A DNA stretch of 63,713 bases, filler included, from Pelomyxa schiedti (Eukaryota; Protista; Evosea), in assembly GCA_020536535.1 (NCBI GenBank). It is 8 parts of 8 records of this genome, joined end to end, with 100 filler letters (N's around TTAATTAATTAA, not from the genome) between each part and the next. Parts side by side here need not be neighbours in the genome. Positions count along the whole stretch, not along the records: positions 6,967 to 35,872 come from JAHLWZ010001014.1; positions 35,973 to 39,988 come from JAHLWZ010001651.1; 6 more parts are not named here. One strand, 5' to 3'. Shown in pieces: positions 23,653 to 37,038 of this stretch (position 1 is its first letter; every line of letters begins with the position of its first letter). The notes under the pieces were generated by a model. The model was not told the origin of the DNA. It was given only the letters and a program-made list of their open reading frames with translations, and ran no database searches. The position numbers and the translations under genes are program-made.

Positions 23653-25701
23653 TCACAGGGGTACCAAATAATAGCTTTCAATGTCTGGGGGTGGTTTGTC
23701 CTCAGGGCCAGGGAACGAAGTGACGTCCACTAGCCTCACATTCCCGTCAGAGCAGTCCAATGTAAGCACCCTCTCCAGCCGCCTCGACTCACAGCACACA
23801 AAGTACAGAGCCTGGCCGATTCCAAAGATCCGCTTGTTGAACCTCGCCTGCAGCAGGAAGTACTCCTCGTTCCCTATGGAGAACATCACCAGTTGCTCCT
23901 TGGATATCGCCGGCATTCCCTCCATCCCGAACTTTCCAAGCGGCAGGTTTATGCACGTTGCCCGGCACATCGGCTTCCCAGGCATTATATCCGGAGGCTT
24001 GATTTCAGTGAGATAGCAGCGGTACTCCTGTACAAGTATATTGAAGCGCCGGAAGTAGCCGGTAACTGCAGTCTTGGCCTCAAGTGTGTTCACATCCCCG
24101 AATTCGTGGTGTATTAATACCTCGGCTACATCCGCGGCGAAAGGGTCTCCTGAGATTCTGGGCGAGAATGTATTCACCATCACGTAGTCCACTGCTGACT
24201 GAGTAACAACAGTCACGCAGACTCGCCCGGTTGATCCAAAGAACATCAAATCCTGGAATAGTACGGGTTCGCCGCCACTGTTGTTGTATAGCTTAATGAA
24301 GCTGCACAGGAGTCTCCTTTTTGTATCTACTATTGCCACCCAGTCATCAACTGCCTCACGTCCGACCTCGATGTGCATAAGTACCCTTCCTTGGTCAGTG
24401 ACTTGCATACGTTTGATATGCCAAGTTGGCTGGAAATGTGTTATTATTTCCTTGGAACCGGTCTTCAAATCGATTAAATGGAGCTGAAGGGAATTGTTGA
24501 TGCAGTACTTATATTTTGCCACATGAACTATAGTGTTAGAAGTGAAGTACAAGGCGCCTTCAAATTGCAAAGCAGGGCCCACACGTGCACCACTCTGTAC
24601 GTCATAGAGCGCTATAGATGTGCAGGGTTTCGCGCCATCGGGCGCGGATGAAATGGCTCGGGTGTGTACCGATTCTATTACAGACAGTGCAATGACGCGC
24701 CCATTATCGAACACACCCACAGTCCTGCCCCAAGGGAGATTGGGGGAAACGGGGTGATACTTTGGCCAGGCACATAGCGGCCACTTTGGTGTCCCCTCAA
24801 TGAGGCCGTGCAATTTCCATCCCCAGCCGCCCCAGTAAGATATTGATATATTGGTTGGGGGCGTTCCCACTGCCACAGAATCCGCACTGCTCTCAAACAG
24901 TGGCTCATCAGATACATGTATAACACCGCTGTGTGGAACGGTACTTGCAGCCGCGGCAGCAGAAGCCGCAATTATATCTGCATCTGAACTGACCACCTCT
25001 GGAGTCTGGTTTGTGCCTGCAGTGCCACTACTCGTTATAACAGTACTAGGAATTGCAGCTGGAGGAGGAGAGGAATCTATTGTTGCATTCACATTGGCCT
25101 CAATAATGGATGATGCTATTGCAGTTGCATTTTCTTGTACATCCAAACTTTCTGCCCCTGTTGGGCTAGCACTAGCACTTGAAATTGCAATTGGGGGAGG
25201 CGGCGAGGGCGTGGGCTTCGGAGCTTCATTTGCCCTGGAGACCAAAGAGAACCACGACTTTTCGATCCTGAAGAGCTCGCACCTGGGCTCCGGGGCCGGG
25301 CGCACGACGGGGACGATGGCGGAGGTGAACAGGTCGGCGCAGAGCACCTCGGTCGCGGGGGTGCACACCAGCAGCCGGCACATGGCGCGGGGCAGGGCCA
25401 GGCGCGCCACCACCAGGTCCCGCAGAATCTCCGCGGGAACCGGCGCCGCCGGGCTCCGGGCCCCGCACCGCGGGTGCTGGCTGCACAGCAGCGCGAGGGC
25501 CTGCGCGGGGACGTCGTGGCAGTAGGCGGGGGGCGGGGGGCGGGGAGGGGACGCGGGGGCAGGGGCAGGGGCAGGGGGAGCGGGCGAGGGGGCCTCGGGG
25601 GGCGGCGTGGCGTCGTGGGCGGGAGGGGGGGCAGCGGGGAATGCGATGTTTTCGGCGTGGTGGACTTCGAAAGCGGGGTCCCGCAAAATCGTGTTCCACA
25701 T
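23653..25701 (-). CDS. single-exon member of the expanded 'RCG..SP' family
   Basis: 682-aa ORF with QALALLCSQHPRCGARSPA and a beta-rich C-terminus. Confidence 0.75.
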   Translation of the reverse strand: MWNTILRDPAFEVHHAENIAFPAAPPPAHDATPPPEAPSPAPPAPAPAPASPPRPPPPAYCHDVPAQALALLCSQHPRCGARSPAAPVPAEILRDLVVARLALPRAMCRLLVCTPATEVLCADLFTSAIVPVVRPAPEPRCELFRIEKSWFSLVSRANEAPKPTPSPPPPIAISSASASPTGAESLDVQENATAIASSIIEANVNATIDSSPPPAAIPSTVITSSGTAGTNQTPEVVSSDADIIAASAAAAASTVPHSGVIHVSDEPLFESSADSVAVGTPPTNISISYWGGWGWKLHGLIEGTPKWPLCAWPKYHPVSPNLPWGRTVGVFDNGRVIALSVIESVHTRAISSAPDGAKPCTSIALYDVQSGARVGPALQFEGALYFTSNTIVHVAKYKYCINNSLQLHLIDLKTGSKEIITHFQPTWHIKRMQVTDQGRVLMHIEVGREAVDDWVAIVDTKRRLLCSFIKLYNNSGGEPVLFQDLMFFGSTGRVCVTVVTQSAVDYVMVNTFSPRISGDPFAADVAEVLIHHEFGDVNTLEAKTAVTGYFRRFNILVQEYRCYLTEIKPPDIMPGKPMCRATCINLPLGKFGMEGMPAISKEQLVMFSIGNEEYFLLQARFNKRIFGIGQALYFVCCESRRLERVLTLDCSDGNVRLVDVTSFPGPEDKPPPDIESYYLVPL

Positions 25702-26015
25702 TTTTTTGTCCTTCGTTTGATCTCAGTTTTGTTTTTCACGTTGGTGGAAGAGATAACAGTTACCATTTTCAGTAGGAACATCTGGGAATCCACTCCGTCG
25801 GGTTTCCAACTACTCCGAAGAGGCTAATAGGTGATGGTTAACCATGTAAGAACACCTGAGCACCCCTCTGTCGACCAGAGTCTCGTGTGGAAGGGGACTG
25901 AGGGGTCCTTTTCTTCCTCGTTGATGCATCGGAACCAAGTTACTTTTCCCCTCCCAAGTGACACGAAGTTTCGGAAAAGCACCCCCATCAAAACACACAA
26001 GAAAAGCAGAAACCC

Positions 26016-29000
26016 ATGTACCGGCCCTCTTCGCCCGCTAGCGGTTCGGGTGAGGAGAGATATAGATCTGCGACGTTGAGTGCTGGATCTGGGAACGACC
26101 CGCGGATGTCACTGCGGCACAGCGAGGGGAATGTGTTCAACTCCGAGAGCCACGCACGAAGTGCGGACGCTGCGTCTCCAGGCGGAGTGACGCCGCCGAG
26201 ATCGCGCCGGTTTCCGATCTTTAAAGTGCAAGTTCACCTCGTTTTGAAGAAGCCAAATGTGATCGCGGCTGTTTCTCATGCAACCAACGCACCCACTCCT
26301 GCTGAGAACTGTGCACCGGTTTTGCAGGCTTCTCTCAACCAAAATGGTGGCAAAGACAATGGTTGCGGACCAGAAGCACCTTGTGTGTGTAATTTTGAAG
26401 TCGATGAATCGTCAACTGTCAACAACCTAATGGGGATGTGCCACTCTAAATTTTCCTTGCACTGTCACTTACCACTGTTGGAATCATTTTCTTTGTGTGA
26501 ATACTCGGAGTATGACTCTGGTACATCTTCCCTTTCTTGGGAAGAAGTCTGACCATTTTGTTTTTCATTTAAAAAAAAAAATCCAAAGATGTATTCGTTT
26601 ATGTGCTAGAAGGTGGCATTCCAGTTGCCTCAATAGTTCAGTCCCGAAATAGCAAAGTTCATTGGCGGGCAATTAACTGTACCTTCATATTTATGGAGAA
26701 TGGGGCCTTACTTACCGAGGTCCTCTCTCTTATTGCACCCATTTCTCATCAATAATATGCTATAGTGTCCAGGCTTCAAGACACCAACACTGACCTCAGC
26801 ACCTCCATACCTTCACTCACCACCTACTTCAACAGAACAGCCTGAGGAGTCATCACCTCACCTAATACGCTCAAGCACCAACAAACCTTCGTATTCCACT
26901 GTTCCGCTGGCTTCCGAGTCGATATCGCTTCAACTTCATAGAAAATCGATGATCTTTTCTTCGTCCCACACATCAATCACCAGCCGTGCATCAGGTACAA
27001 GAGCTATCAGGCAATCACTCCCACCATCACAGAGCTTTCTTCCAACCCGAGCTCAGACATTGGTTGTATCATCTCCTATCCAGTCAAACTCTCAGGCTCA
27101 CTTAACCCAATCGACTCCAATACCTTCCTCTTCCACTCCTTCTCCCATCTCCTTGCCACCCTCACTTCTACTCAAAACTGGCGATTACATTATACAAACC
27201 CCAAATTTGTGGTATCTATCATGTGGTCTGGCATCTAAGGGAGAGGTCACACTTGTAAACAGCCTCTGTAGTAGCGAGCTATGGCATGTTGCTGTTACCA
27301 TCAAGAAAGTAAAGACTGAGGACCAAATATACATATCTCTGCAAGGGTATCTGATAAACTCTAAAGGTACCACAAATGACACCGTCATAGATATCTACAA
27401 CTCTGGCTTAGAGCACAAAAAAGTATGCACTACCCCTTGTGTGATAGGAAGACACAGGGTCTATTTGAGACTTTCAAAGCTATACCAGATTCATCAAGCA
27501 CCTATGCAATACGGTACCTAACTCTTATCTGTGGCAAAAATATGCTTAAAAATCCACCTCAAGGACCGATTCTGGTTTTCTTTCTGTTGATTCCGAACGT
27601 CTCATTTGTGACTCAAGCAAACCAATATTATTTAAATTCACATTTATGCCCCGACCACCAACTCCTACTGTGTCAGATGCCTTCATTAACATCACGATTG
27701 ATGCGGACTACTTAGAGAAGCTGCATCGCCTTGAGGAGGCAATATCATACTATGACCTGGCTTTAACAAAAATTGACCAAAACAATCCCCAAATCCGTGA
27801 TGTCAATTTACGGAAATCGAGACTGTTCCGTCTTCTTGGCAAGAATGCTCTTGCCTTAGAATGTGTTCAAATCTACAATAAGACTGGGGCTGATGTCAAT
27901 GTGCATGTATGCTTTGCCTTAGCACTCAGAGATTGCAAGAAACATGGTGCTGCAATAACAGAATTTGAGAGTGCCCTTAAGAGTGCACCAGGGGATCAGG
28001 CACTTCAAATATGTAAAACTGCTGAACTAGTGCAAATAGGCAGTGGCAATCCCGCTTCGTTGTGGGATCGGGTAAATGTGGCAATTCCACCTCAGAAGTC
28101 CCGCAAATTTCTTGTATCTGCACATGACTGTGGGATTTCGCTCAGCTTATGTGGGCGTCATCCTGATGCACTTAACTGGTTTGATTACCAGCTTTCTCTG
28201 ACTCCCGGCAACCCTTTTACACTTCTTAAGAAAGCCATAGCTCTGCGCTTATTGAGTAAGATGGATGAAGCTTTAAAGTGCGTAGAACAAGCTTTGGAAA
28301 TTCGGCCTAGAGATCCAGATCTGTTACATGAAAAAGGAGTTCTGTTTTCGTTTGCAAAGAGGTACGAGGATGCTATCAAGAGCTTCGACCTCAGTCTTCA
28401 GTTACGACCTCAGTATGCTGATACCCTTGATGAAGTTGATCTTCCTTTCCTTAAAACATGCCAGTTCTTATTCTTATTCAGAGAAGGCTTGCCAAGTCTG
28501 CTCTTGAACAATCACAAGCCTCTCTTCCTGATAGTAGACCAGAGAAAATACCTTCCACCCGTGCACACCACCCAGCCTGGGCTCTGAGTATAGTTCTGGA
28601 GCAGGAAGCTCTCTTCAAATCCCACGTGTAATTCATTCGTTTCAATAAGCCTTACATTTTAATGGATTCTCTGTAAAGAAAATCTCAACACTTTGCTGCT
28701 GTTATTGCTGTTGTTGGCTACTCTGGTACTGGAAAGAGTTCTATAATTAATGCTACTGCTGAGCGAGAAGTTACTTGGTTTGTTGACCTCTTTATTTCAA
28801 TCCGTACTAATTTCTAAAGGGCTGGTGCTGGGAAGCCGATTACCATTGAGCCTTCTCGACATGTTATTGATTCCACTCTAGTCCTCTATGAGACCCCAGG
28901 CACTGAACGAAACCCAGCAGAGGAGTTGCCTGTGATTCTAAGTAAATTATTCGATCTTGCTTCCAAGCAAGAGCCCCCAGAAGAGATTCACATGGTAGGT

Positions 29001-31433
29001 AATTTCTGTACCTTTTTATCTTTCTGACTGTACCAAGGTTTGGTGGGTGATATCAGCTGCAGATAACCGAATAATCCCAAAGACGGTGCTAGGTGTATGC
29101 CAACAATATCTACTGCGCCCCAACGGAACCCGCATTCCTGTTATTCTTGTGGTAAACAAATTTGTGCCAAACGAAGCTGGTAATACTTTGAAAACTGCAA
29201 TTGAGGGAGATGAGTCAAGAGATTTCTTCTGGAGTGTGGTTTATACCAATGCTGTGCCTGATATTAATTTTGTTTCCACGGTTTACCTATGTCCAAAGTG
29301 TGTTATATTATCATTAATGATTTTATTACGTACTCAATATCTACTAAGGTGCCACACTACTCGTCTGTGTAGCCAGTCTAAAGAAAACAAGGTAAAATGG
29401 CATTTCTGCTGCCAAGATTGTGGTGTTACATCTACACAAGATGTAAAGCCCTACAACATAAGCGTTCTCAAAGAAGCTACAATTGGAATTCTTCCTGATG
29501 TAGTCAAGTCTAGCATGAAGTTACAACGCATGAGAGATATCAAGACAACATACATGCAAACTGTAAACCTTATTATTGGCTGGACACCAACAGTAACTTT
29601 TTTTTGTCCATTTGTTAGTTGCTTGGTTCTCAATCTTTTTCCTTCTTTTCTAATAGATCGGGGTAATGAACGTTGCTCAATTTGAGGAAAAACTGTCACA
29701 GTATCTTGTTGAAATAGCTAAGCTTTTTGGTGTTAAGAATTTTTCCTCCAAGGATGACCTCACCAGCATGGACTTTGACATTCCTGTACCTTTTTACTCT
29801 TGCGATCACCAAAACAAAGCATTTATCTCACCATTCCCTTAGAGTGTATTTTCTCAATACCTAGGACTGTATGAAACCTATTCACCAGTTGTCTGTATTT
29901 TAAGCCTTTGCCTTTTGTGGGCTACTCTCCTCAAACGCTGTCAAGAACTGCTAATAGGAAGTGGACCTACTTTCGGTTTCAGAATGGGAGATATCATTGA
30001 GAACCTTTCACTTGTCAATCATCTGTTTCTGCATGTAAAACCCAAGGTGGCACTTTTCCTGCAAAACAGAGAGTTGAGTAATAATGTTTCTGAGCATTCA
30101 GTAGAGCAACTTGCTAATGAAGTGTGTGTTGAAGTTGAGAAGGCCTTGATCCCAGAGAAATTCCGAGATATTTCTTTAAGTGGTGTTGCTCAGGGAGGTG
30201 AAAAACCGACAATTCAACATTTGAACGTAAGTGATGAAGCATTTGTTGAACAAACACTGGAGGCATGCTTTTCCAGGTTAGGAAATTTGAATTTGTCACA
30301 TCGAAGTGAAATCACTGCAATAGTACACTTGAAATCACCCCTGAGGACCTTGTTGGTTTGGTTATGATCCAGCCAACAGAACAACCAGCAGCATCACTAT
30401 CAACCTTCCTCAAATTCTGTTTAAAAATGGTGCAAACTGCTGAAATGCACAAAGTTGAGCGTGTTTTATGCTTCCTCAAGGAATGGATAACTCTCATTCC
30501 AGGTACGTTCTCAAATCTTCCCTGTGCAGCTCTAATTAGTAGAAAAGATGACTTCCGAGACTCGCAGGCTGCTGAGTGCCTTCGGTCAATCTTGGCCATC
30601 TCTACAGAACGCCATTTTGGCGTGAAAGCAATATATGACATTCTGAAAGAAATAACTGGAACCAACTCAAGTCCAGTTCTTTCGACTCAGTCTCCTGAAG
30701 GCTTCTTGCAAGTTACATGCAAAAAACTCCCTGCCGTGTTAGCACCCCAATATTATGTTGCCTCACAATGGAGCTATGTTGATTACTATTTGTACACACA
30801 AGTTGCCAAGAACCCGCGGTCATTTATCTCAGTAAACTAGCCTTCTTCTATGCAGAGTATACATTTTAAATTTAGGAACTCAGCCCAGCACGAGAAGCAC
30901 TTGAGACGAGAATAGAACAAGAGGAAATGTGGACAATAACACAAGTACTCTCAGCGCCTCCAGAAAACAGAATAGAAGCTATCAAAGTATGGACAGTTAT
31001 TTGGCAACTGATATAAAGGATTCCCCAGGCATGCGTCGACTTAGGGCTGACACTATTAAGAATGCAGAATTTCCAAGGTGCATGTGCAGTGGCCTCTGCA
31101 TTTTCGTCGCCCATTTTACGTCCTCTTGTTGTGCCACATGCTTCTGAATTTGTTGATGTAGGCCGCAAGATGATTTCTGAGGTATTTGGCCAGTGACAGT
31201 GTCTTGCATATTCTAACATTTGTAAGGATCTTGATAAATTGTGGATGCAATGTGATACAGGAAACAATAATGCGTATCCCAACTTGCCACCACTGTCAAA
31301 CAGTTGCATACCCCCAATAAAAAAGTTGTACACCAAGTACCTGTCAAGCAAGTCACTGTCACTTTCCAAGCCAGTTCGTTATTCTCTTCTCCGAGGCCTT
31401 GCTTTGGAAATTTTCAAGTACTTGAAACATTAA
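26016..31433 (+). CDS. large multi-exon protein: RA/ubiquitin-like region, TPR repeats, P-loop GTPase (MMR_HSR1/Era-like) with Cys-rich insert, helical region
   Basis: TPR motifs (MDEALKCVEQALEIRPRDP; RYEDAIKSFDLSLQLRP). GTPase motifs VVGYSGTGKSSIIN, GAGKPIT, YETPG, ILVVNK. CPKC..CQDC. Probably continuous with the VPS9 segment. Confidence 0.7.
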
Positions 31434-31449
31434 ATAGTGGTAACTAAAG

Positions 31450-32631
31450 AAAGCAGATATCAGTCAACAAACATGATAATTTATGAATTTCCTGAAATGT
31501 CAGTTGGCATACAAAATCTGATCCCTTTAATACATCTATCTTTCTCAGAGTTGGAAAATCGCGCTTCAGAATCTTATATTGCTGTAAGATTGGAATCTGG
31601 GTAAGACGCTCAAAAACTTTGTTAATCTCAATAGCTGCTAGATTAGGCAACCACTATTTATTTGGGAGCAGACTGTCAGTTTGTGTTCAAGATATATTTG
31701 AGTAGGTACCTTCCGAACTCCACCCGAATTAACAAACAAAAAAGGAGCCCCTCTGTAAACGCACTTGTCAAGCAATTTTGTAGTTCCGTGTGCACTTTTA
31801 TTAATATGAAAGTGATGAAAGATAAGCTAGTTTACACAACAGGTTACTTCGAAACAACATTCTGACAATTTTTGTTCATTCATCTTTAGCGCGAGTCACG
31901 GAACTATGTCTCAAAAGTTTAGATATTGGTGATGCAGTCACAGAAGACACAATTAAAAAAATTGTCCGTGCCGAAATTCTTGTCAGAGCCTACCTCGATA
32001 TTTTCCCTTGGTGTCAAGTGCTGCTCTTACATTCTCTTTTCTGTCTCAAACCTTTCAGGGTTTAGTGATTGAGGATGCAGAACCGCCCATAAAATGTGCA
32101 GAAGCTGATGCCATTGCTCTCATCAAGCGGTCCAAAATGAAAGTCCAGAAACCCTCCGATTTTGGTTTGGAAGCAGACTATTGGCTGGTTTGTGCTTCCA
32201 AACTCAGTTAATCATTAATTAACACTCCAAAAGGGTCCCAGTTCAGCAACAGTAACCACTCTCAACCCGTTCCAAACGGCTATTGATGCATTCTGCAGCA
32301 TCAAAGGGAAAGCATGCCCCACCGAAAAAGCCATGTGTGTTACTCAAACAGCCCACGAAATCGTTTCCTATGTTGACTCGCTGTGGAAAAACGCCCCCAA
32401 AGGCAAGAAAATAATCATGACAGGGGATGCCATGGCGGCCGCGTTCACCTATGTTCTGGTTCAATCCAATGTGCCACTAATATTCACAGAGCTGTTTATT
32501 GCTCAACAGTAAGTATCAACACTAATCATCAGCCACTAATTTACATTTGCAGCCTGGGGTGTAACTCTGGTGAACATGAGTACTACCTAACAACAGCCAT
32601 GATGGCTGCTATGTCCTTATATCTCACCTAG
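31450..32631 (+). CDS. VPS9 (Rab5 GEF) domain exons
   Basis: DAMAA..F.YVL..IQC and GCNSGEHEYYLTTAMMAAMSL match the VPS9 C-terminal GExxYYLT motif. Confidence 0.6.
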
Positions 32632-32724
32632 CATTTTTGGCACCACCACATTGATATGTAAAAAAAAATTTTTCTTTATTTACTATTGACAAGCAGGCAG
32701 AAAGAAACTTTCTTTGGGTAGTTG

Positions 32725-34284
32725 TCAGTACAGTGCGTTGTGGGCTGTGATGTGCTTTTTCAGTGCCGGAATGTTGTTGATTTGGGAGTGGCAAACGTGG
32801 CAGGCTAGTGGAGCCTTGAGAAGTTGCTCTGACTCCTCCTTGTTGTAATCTATCCGCCCTTGTGTTTGGAGTAATTCTATGAGCTCCTCTGATGAAACAA
32901 AGAAAGAGGTTGTGAAAGAGTTCCAGTGTTTCTTGTTCTTCAGGCACGGGGAGTCAAAATCTTGACTGATCATGTGCATATCTTGTGTAGTGATTAGTTC
33001 TTGCAGTGAAAAGGAGAGAAACAAGACTAAGAGGAGCGGAAATATTTCTATCCCGGCCCCAGTAACCCAGAAAATAAGTTGTCGTTACTCACGAACTTGT
33101 CTCATTGAAGGTACTTTGTGGAATCCGATCCTTATTTGTTTAGCAGGAAGCGAATTTGCGACTTGCTTGGCCTTCTCTTGCATGGCGCACAGAAGAGGTA
33201 TGTCACTTGGCTGAAGCTCGTAGATAGAACTGATTACCCTAAGTAAATGCATGTCAATATGTGAATCTATTGAAAGCTGAGGAATTCCTACCGTCTTGGC
33301 ATGAAAAGAAGGTGATAGCGAGCTTTGCCAAACTTTGGTAACAAACTTTAAGTGGGGTTTGAGGAAAAAGTAAGTGGATAGTACTTTGTCATAGATTGCT
33401 ACCATCTCGTCATCATAGTAATACACGGACTCCGGGAAATTTTCGGGGTGGTGGACGTAGGGCATTAAAGCAGATAGCCCCAATGCCCCAACTCCGGACT
33501 TGTCTCTCTCTGGGGGGTTATACGCGGGAAACGCTGAGGTTGCTCTACCACCATTAGCAGGACTCGAGGCGGGTGGTAATTGTGGGTGAGCTGCCGCCGA
33601 AGTGGTGCAAGAAGTAGCCGGATGCGCCTCGGTTGCATCATCCAAATCAGTGCTGCGCGAAGCCGGCGTTTCCTTTTTGCGTTCCGCGCGGGGTTCCAGG
33701 CCGTTTCCGCGAGGGGAATTCTTGGAGTTGGCCAGCGACCCAGGCTCAGGCCCCGCCTCCGCCGTGGGCTTCCCGGTCGCCGTGCTGCCGTCGGCGCCCA
33801 TCGCGGCCGCGCTGGCGTCGGTGGCCCAGAACAGGCTCACTTCGAACGCGTGCTCCCGCCCCACCACGAACAAGACGTCGCCGTCGCGCAGCACCGCCTC
33901 GGCCTGCGGCCTCACCACCTCCAGCAGGCTCACGTCGGGCAGGCCGTCGGGGCCCGCGGAGGCCTCCGCCATCAGGGCGGCCAGGTCGCGGCCGCCCCTC
34001 GCCGACGCCCGCAGCACGCTCGCGGGGTTCTGCCCCAGCACCTTGGCCGTCACCGCGGGAGCGGAGGCGGGGTCGTCGCCGTGGACTGACTGGCTGAAGT
34101 GCAGGAGCTTCCGGCTGCAGCGCTTGTCGTCCGGGGCCAGGATGTTGCGGCCCAGGGTCACTGGGAGCGTGAACCGCAGGGACTTGGCGTGCGTGGTTGC
34201 TTCTGGACCTGTGTGATGTGGGCCTGATGGCACCCATCTCAGCACGAGCACAACGCCACGCTCCCGCCCACCATCACCACTCAT
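32725..34284 (-). CDS. APTX: aprataxin (FHA + HIT + C2H2-like Zn finger)
   Basis: FHA-like LGR..DKRCSRK. HIT region VAIYDK..ARYHLL and [36 protein letters not shown]. Zn finger LACHVCH..IPALKKH. Confidence 0.93.
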
Positions 34285-34779
34285 GTGTTTTTTTTTTTAT
34301 GCGTACGAGTTCTTACACTTCCCCATTTCAGGGACCAATCTGATTTTCCTTACCAGTATCCACAGGTGAGTTCCGACCCCTCTTTCTTCTTTCTTGAAAT
34401 GCCTCAACAGCCCTGAGTACTTTGGAGAGAAGAGTATAGTGGAATTCCAAACCCTTTATTTTTAACTTAATCCCAAATCACTATGGTTGTTGGTGGTGTT
34501 GGGGACGGGCTTCTTCTCCCGTCGTTGTCGAAACAGGCGGGGTATCCCTTGCTGCATCACCTTCCAGAGGGGCTGACGCCGCCGCCTCAGAGCCGGGTGT
34601 TTCCTTTCCCAAAACTACATGAGAGGGACACACGACGGCGCGCTCCAAGTTCGATGTTGTCCGCTATAAGGAAGAAAACGCAGTACTACAAGTTGGCCTT
34701 CCAACTTGTAGTACTGAGTTTTCTTCCGAATAGAGGACAACATCGAACTTGGTTACTTACGCGAATCGTCCCAGATCCA

Positions 34780-35056
34780 TGCTTACCAATTTCAAACACA
34801 CAGCATGTTGCTGAAATGCTTGACAAGGGGCTCCAGCAGATCGACCATGAGCAAGCGGAAGCCCTGCGCGTGCTCCAGGGCTGGTTTGCTACAGAGAGAG
34901 CGAAGGAAAGAAACTTCGGAAGGATCTTTCCTTGGCTCTCTCTGTAGCAAACCAGCCCTGGAGCACGCGCAGGGCTTCCGCTTGCTCATTGTTGATCTGC
35001 TGGAGCCCCTTGTCAAGCATTTCAGCAACATGCTGTGTGTTTGAAATTGGTAAGCA
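34780..35056. repeat. long near-perfect inverted repeat (~135-bp arms, tiny loop)
   Basis: TGCTTACCAATTTCAAACACACAGCATG... mirrors ...CATGCTGTGTGTTTGAAATTGGTAAGCA, producing near-identical ORFs on both strands. Confidence 0.97.
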
Positions 35057-35228
35057 GAAATACTAAACTGATTGTAAACACTGATCCCACCTTATCGAAC
35101 TTGGCCGATGCGGCCCTTATGCGGTCGGCAGCCTGCTCGGCCTCTTTAGTCGCCTCGCTCGGTGGGGTTTCTTGTGGCACCACGTTGTCGTAGATGACGG
35201 GCTTGGCGTGCACAACACTCTGTCCCAT
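34889..35228 (-). CDS. small two-exon gene (MGQSVVHAKP...) whose second exon forms the fold-back
   Basis: Exon 1 ends at FDK|GTGGGA. The intron ends ...ACACACAG|CATGTT, and exon 2 reads HVAEMLDKGLQQINNEQAEALR in frame. Confidence 0.55.
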
Positions 35229-36277
35229 CGTGTTTGCTTTGTGCTTTGATCTTGTTTTGTCTTGTTTTGTTTGTTTCTTTTTTCAAATTGAGTCTGTGGC
35301 GCAGGGGAATCACACCTCGCCACAGAGTCATTGGGATTTTGTCAATTTTTCTTTTTTCAGGTTGAGTCATTGGAATTTTGTCTTTTTTTTTTGTCCTCGA
35401 CTTGTCATGAATGTGTTCCATTTGGCATATTGTAAGTTCCCCTGCACGAGTGGCACACAGAAGGAGATCTCAGCTTCTTATTTTTAATAATAATAGGTGC
35501 TTCCTATTTGTGGTTTTTCACAAAATGGCCACTGCAGCCGAGGCAGATGACGAAGGATAAGAGAGCCAACAAGGGCATCATTAAATTGACGATTTACAAC
35601 TTCACGGCATCAATGCTGGCGATTTAACCAAGCTCAAAAATCTCCTGGGTGCCACGCCATTGAGGTTTTCTTCTGTTTTTTTTTTTCCCCGAACGAGCCT
35701 CGTTTCTGCAACATGTTGAGCGCACTGATGGCTAACTGTGGTACTTCCCAAGTGGAAGAAAGATGCATCATTCTTGAAACACCCAAACTCAAAAAACCTT
35801 GAAGAGTACAGAACAGTTTATTTGTATAATAGTTTCAATTTTGAATAGATTCTAGGCATTCCTGTATGAGTANNNNNNNNNNNNNNNNNNNNNNNNNNNN
35901 NNNNNNNNNNNNNNNNTTAATTAATTAANNNNNNNNNNNNNNNNNNNNNNNNNNNNNNNNNNNNNNNNNNNNGGTTTTTTTTTACCGATGTTTTCTTTGT
36001 TTGTTTATAATTTTATTGTGTTTTGTTGATGAAAATTAAATTAAAAATAATGTTGTATGTGGAAGGAAAAAGTTTAACCAAAAAAAAAAAAACCTACCCA
36101 GAGAGTGCCTCCTCTGCCGATAGTTGATGATGGGTACAGTTGTTGTGTCCCCATACACCAACTGCAATGGCGAGAAATTGGTCCCGAGCACTCAACTTGT
36201 TCAGTGTCGTTCCGTAGCTCATCAAATTTTTCTTTTCGTCGATACATGGAAAACGATGGCTTTTTGGAAAAGACGTG

Positions 36278-36990
36278 ATGCTCCAGGCACAACGCGCCCG
36301 CGAACAGATCCTCGCGTTGGTGATGGCGTCCCACAATCGGTGTGGTGCGTAGAGCCCCGCGCGCCACTTTACATCCCTGCCCCCGCTCGCAACTGCGCCG
36401 TTGTGGGACTGGTTCCTCGGCCCCGACTCCGAGGTCATTTTTGGCGTGCTCGCCTCGACGCCGGGGTGGCAGACTGCCCCGAGCCGACTCACCCTGGCGG
36501 CTGATCCAAGTCACCTGGTGGTCACGCAGAGGACAGGGACAACGACGGCTTGGTGTTCTCGCTGCTGAACGTGGTGACTCAGGAGCACAGGCTTCTGCTC
36601 AGTGAAGGGATGGCGGCGTCGCCTCCGTTGATATATTCCAACCGCAAGTGGTTCCTGAGGTAGATAGTGTGGCTTCTTTCTCTGTGCTTGAGGTTGCAGA
36701 AGGTGTGGGCACTTGCAAGCTCATTTCCAGCAACAACTCACAGTGCTTGTCACAGTTGGGCACTTCCTTGTTTTGCTCCTTAAAGGCTGACTATCACACT
36801 GTCGAAATCTGGGACTGCAACTTGCCTGCTGCCATGCCTGCTTCTCAGGTTCTTGTTGTTGGGCAATCAAGTTTCCTCTTTCACAAACAAAGAACCACCT
36901 GTGGGTGTGAAAGACTCCACTGGCCACCGTGGCACCATCACTTTCCCCTCAGAACCTCAAAATTTAAGTGTCACCTCCTCTTGAAAGTTT
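36278..36990 (+). pseudogene. pseudogene paralog of the 37039-38418 gene
   Basis: RAREQILALVMASHNRCGA*SPARHF contains an in-frame TAG, with internal deletions/frameshifts. It retains EVAEGVG..SQL..F C..VEIWDCN. Confidence 0.8.
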
Positions 36991-37038
36991 CAATCTTTTG
37001 TTTGAATAGGTGACTTTCACGTAAATCAGACAAAACAA

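Noticed and set aside
33580-34237. Several long overlapping ORFs on both strands (also 4501-5155 and 25116-25827)
   Set aside because: Shadow ORFs caused by very high GC content and scarce stop codons.
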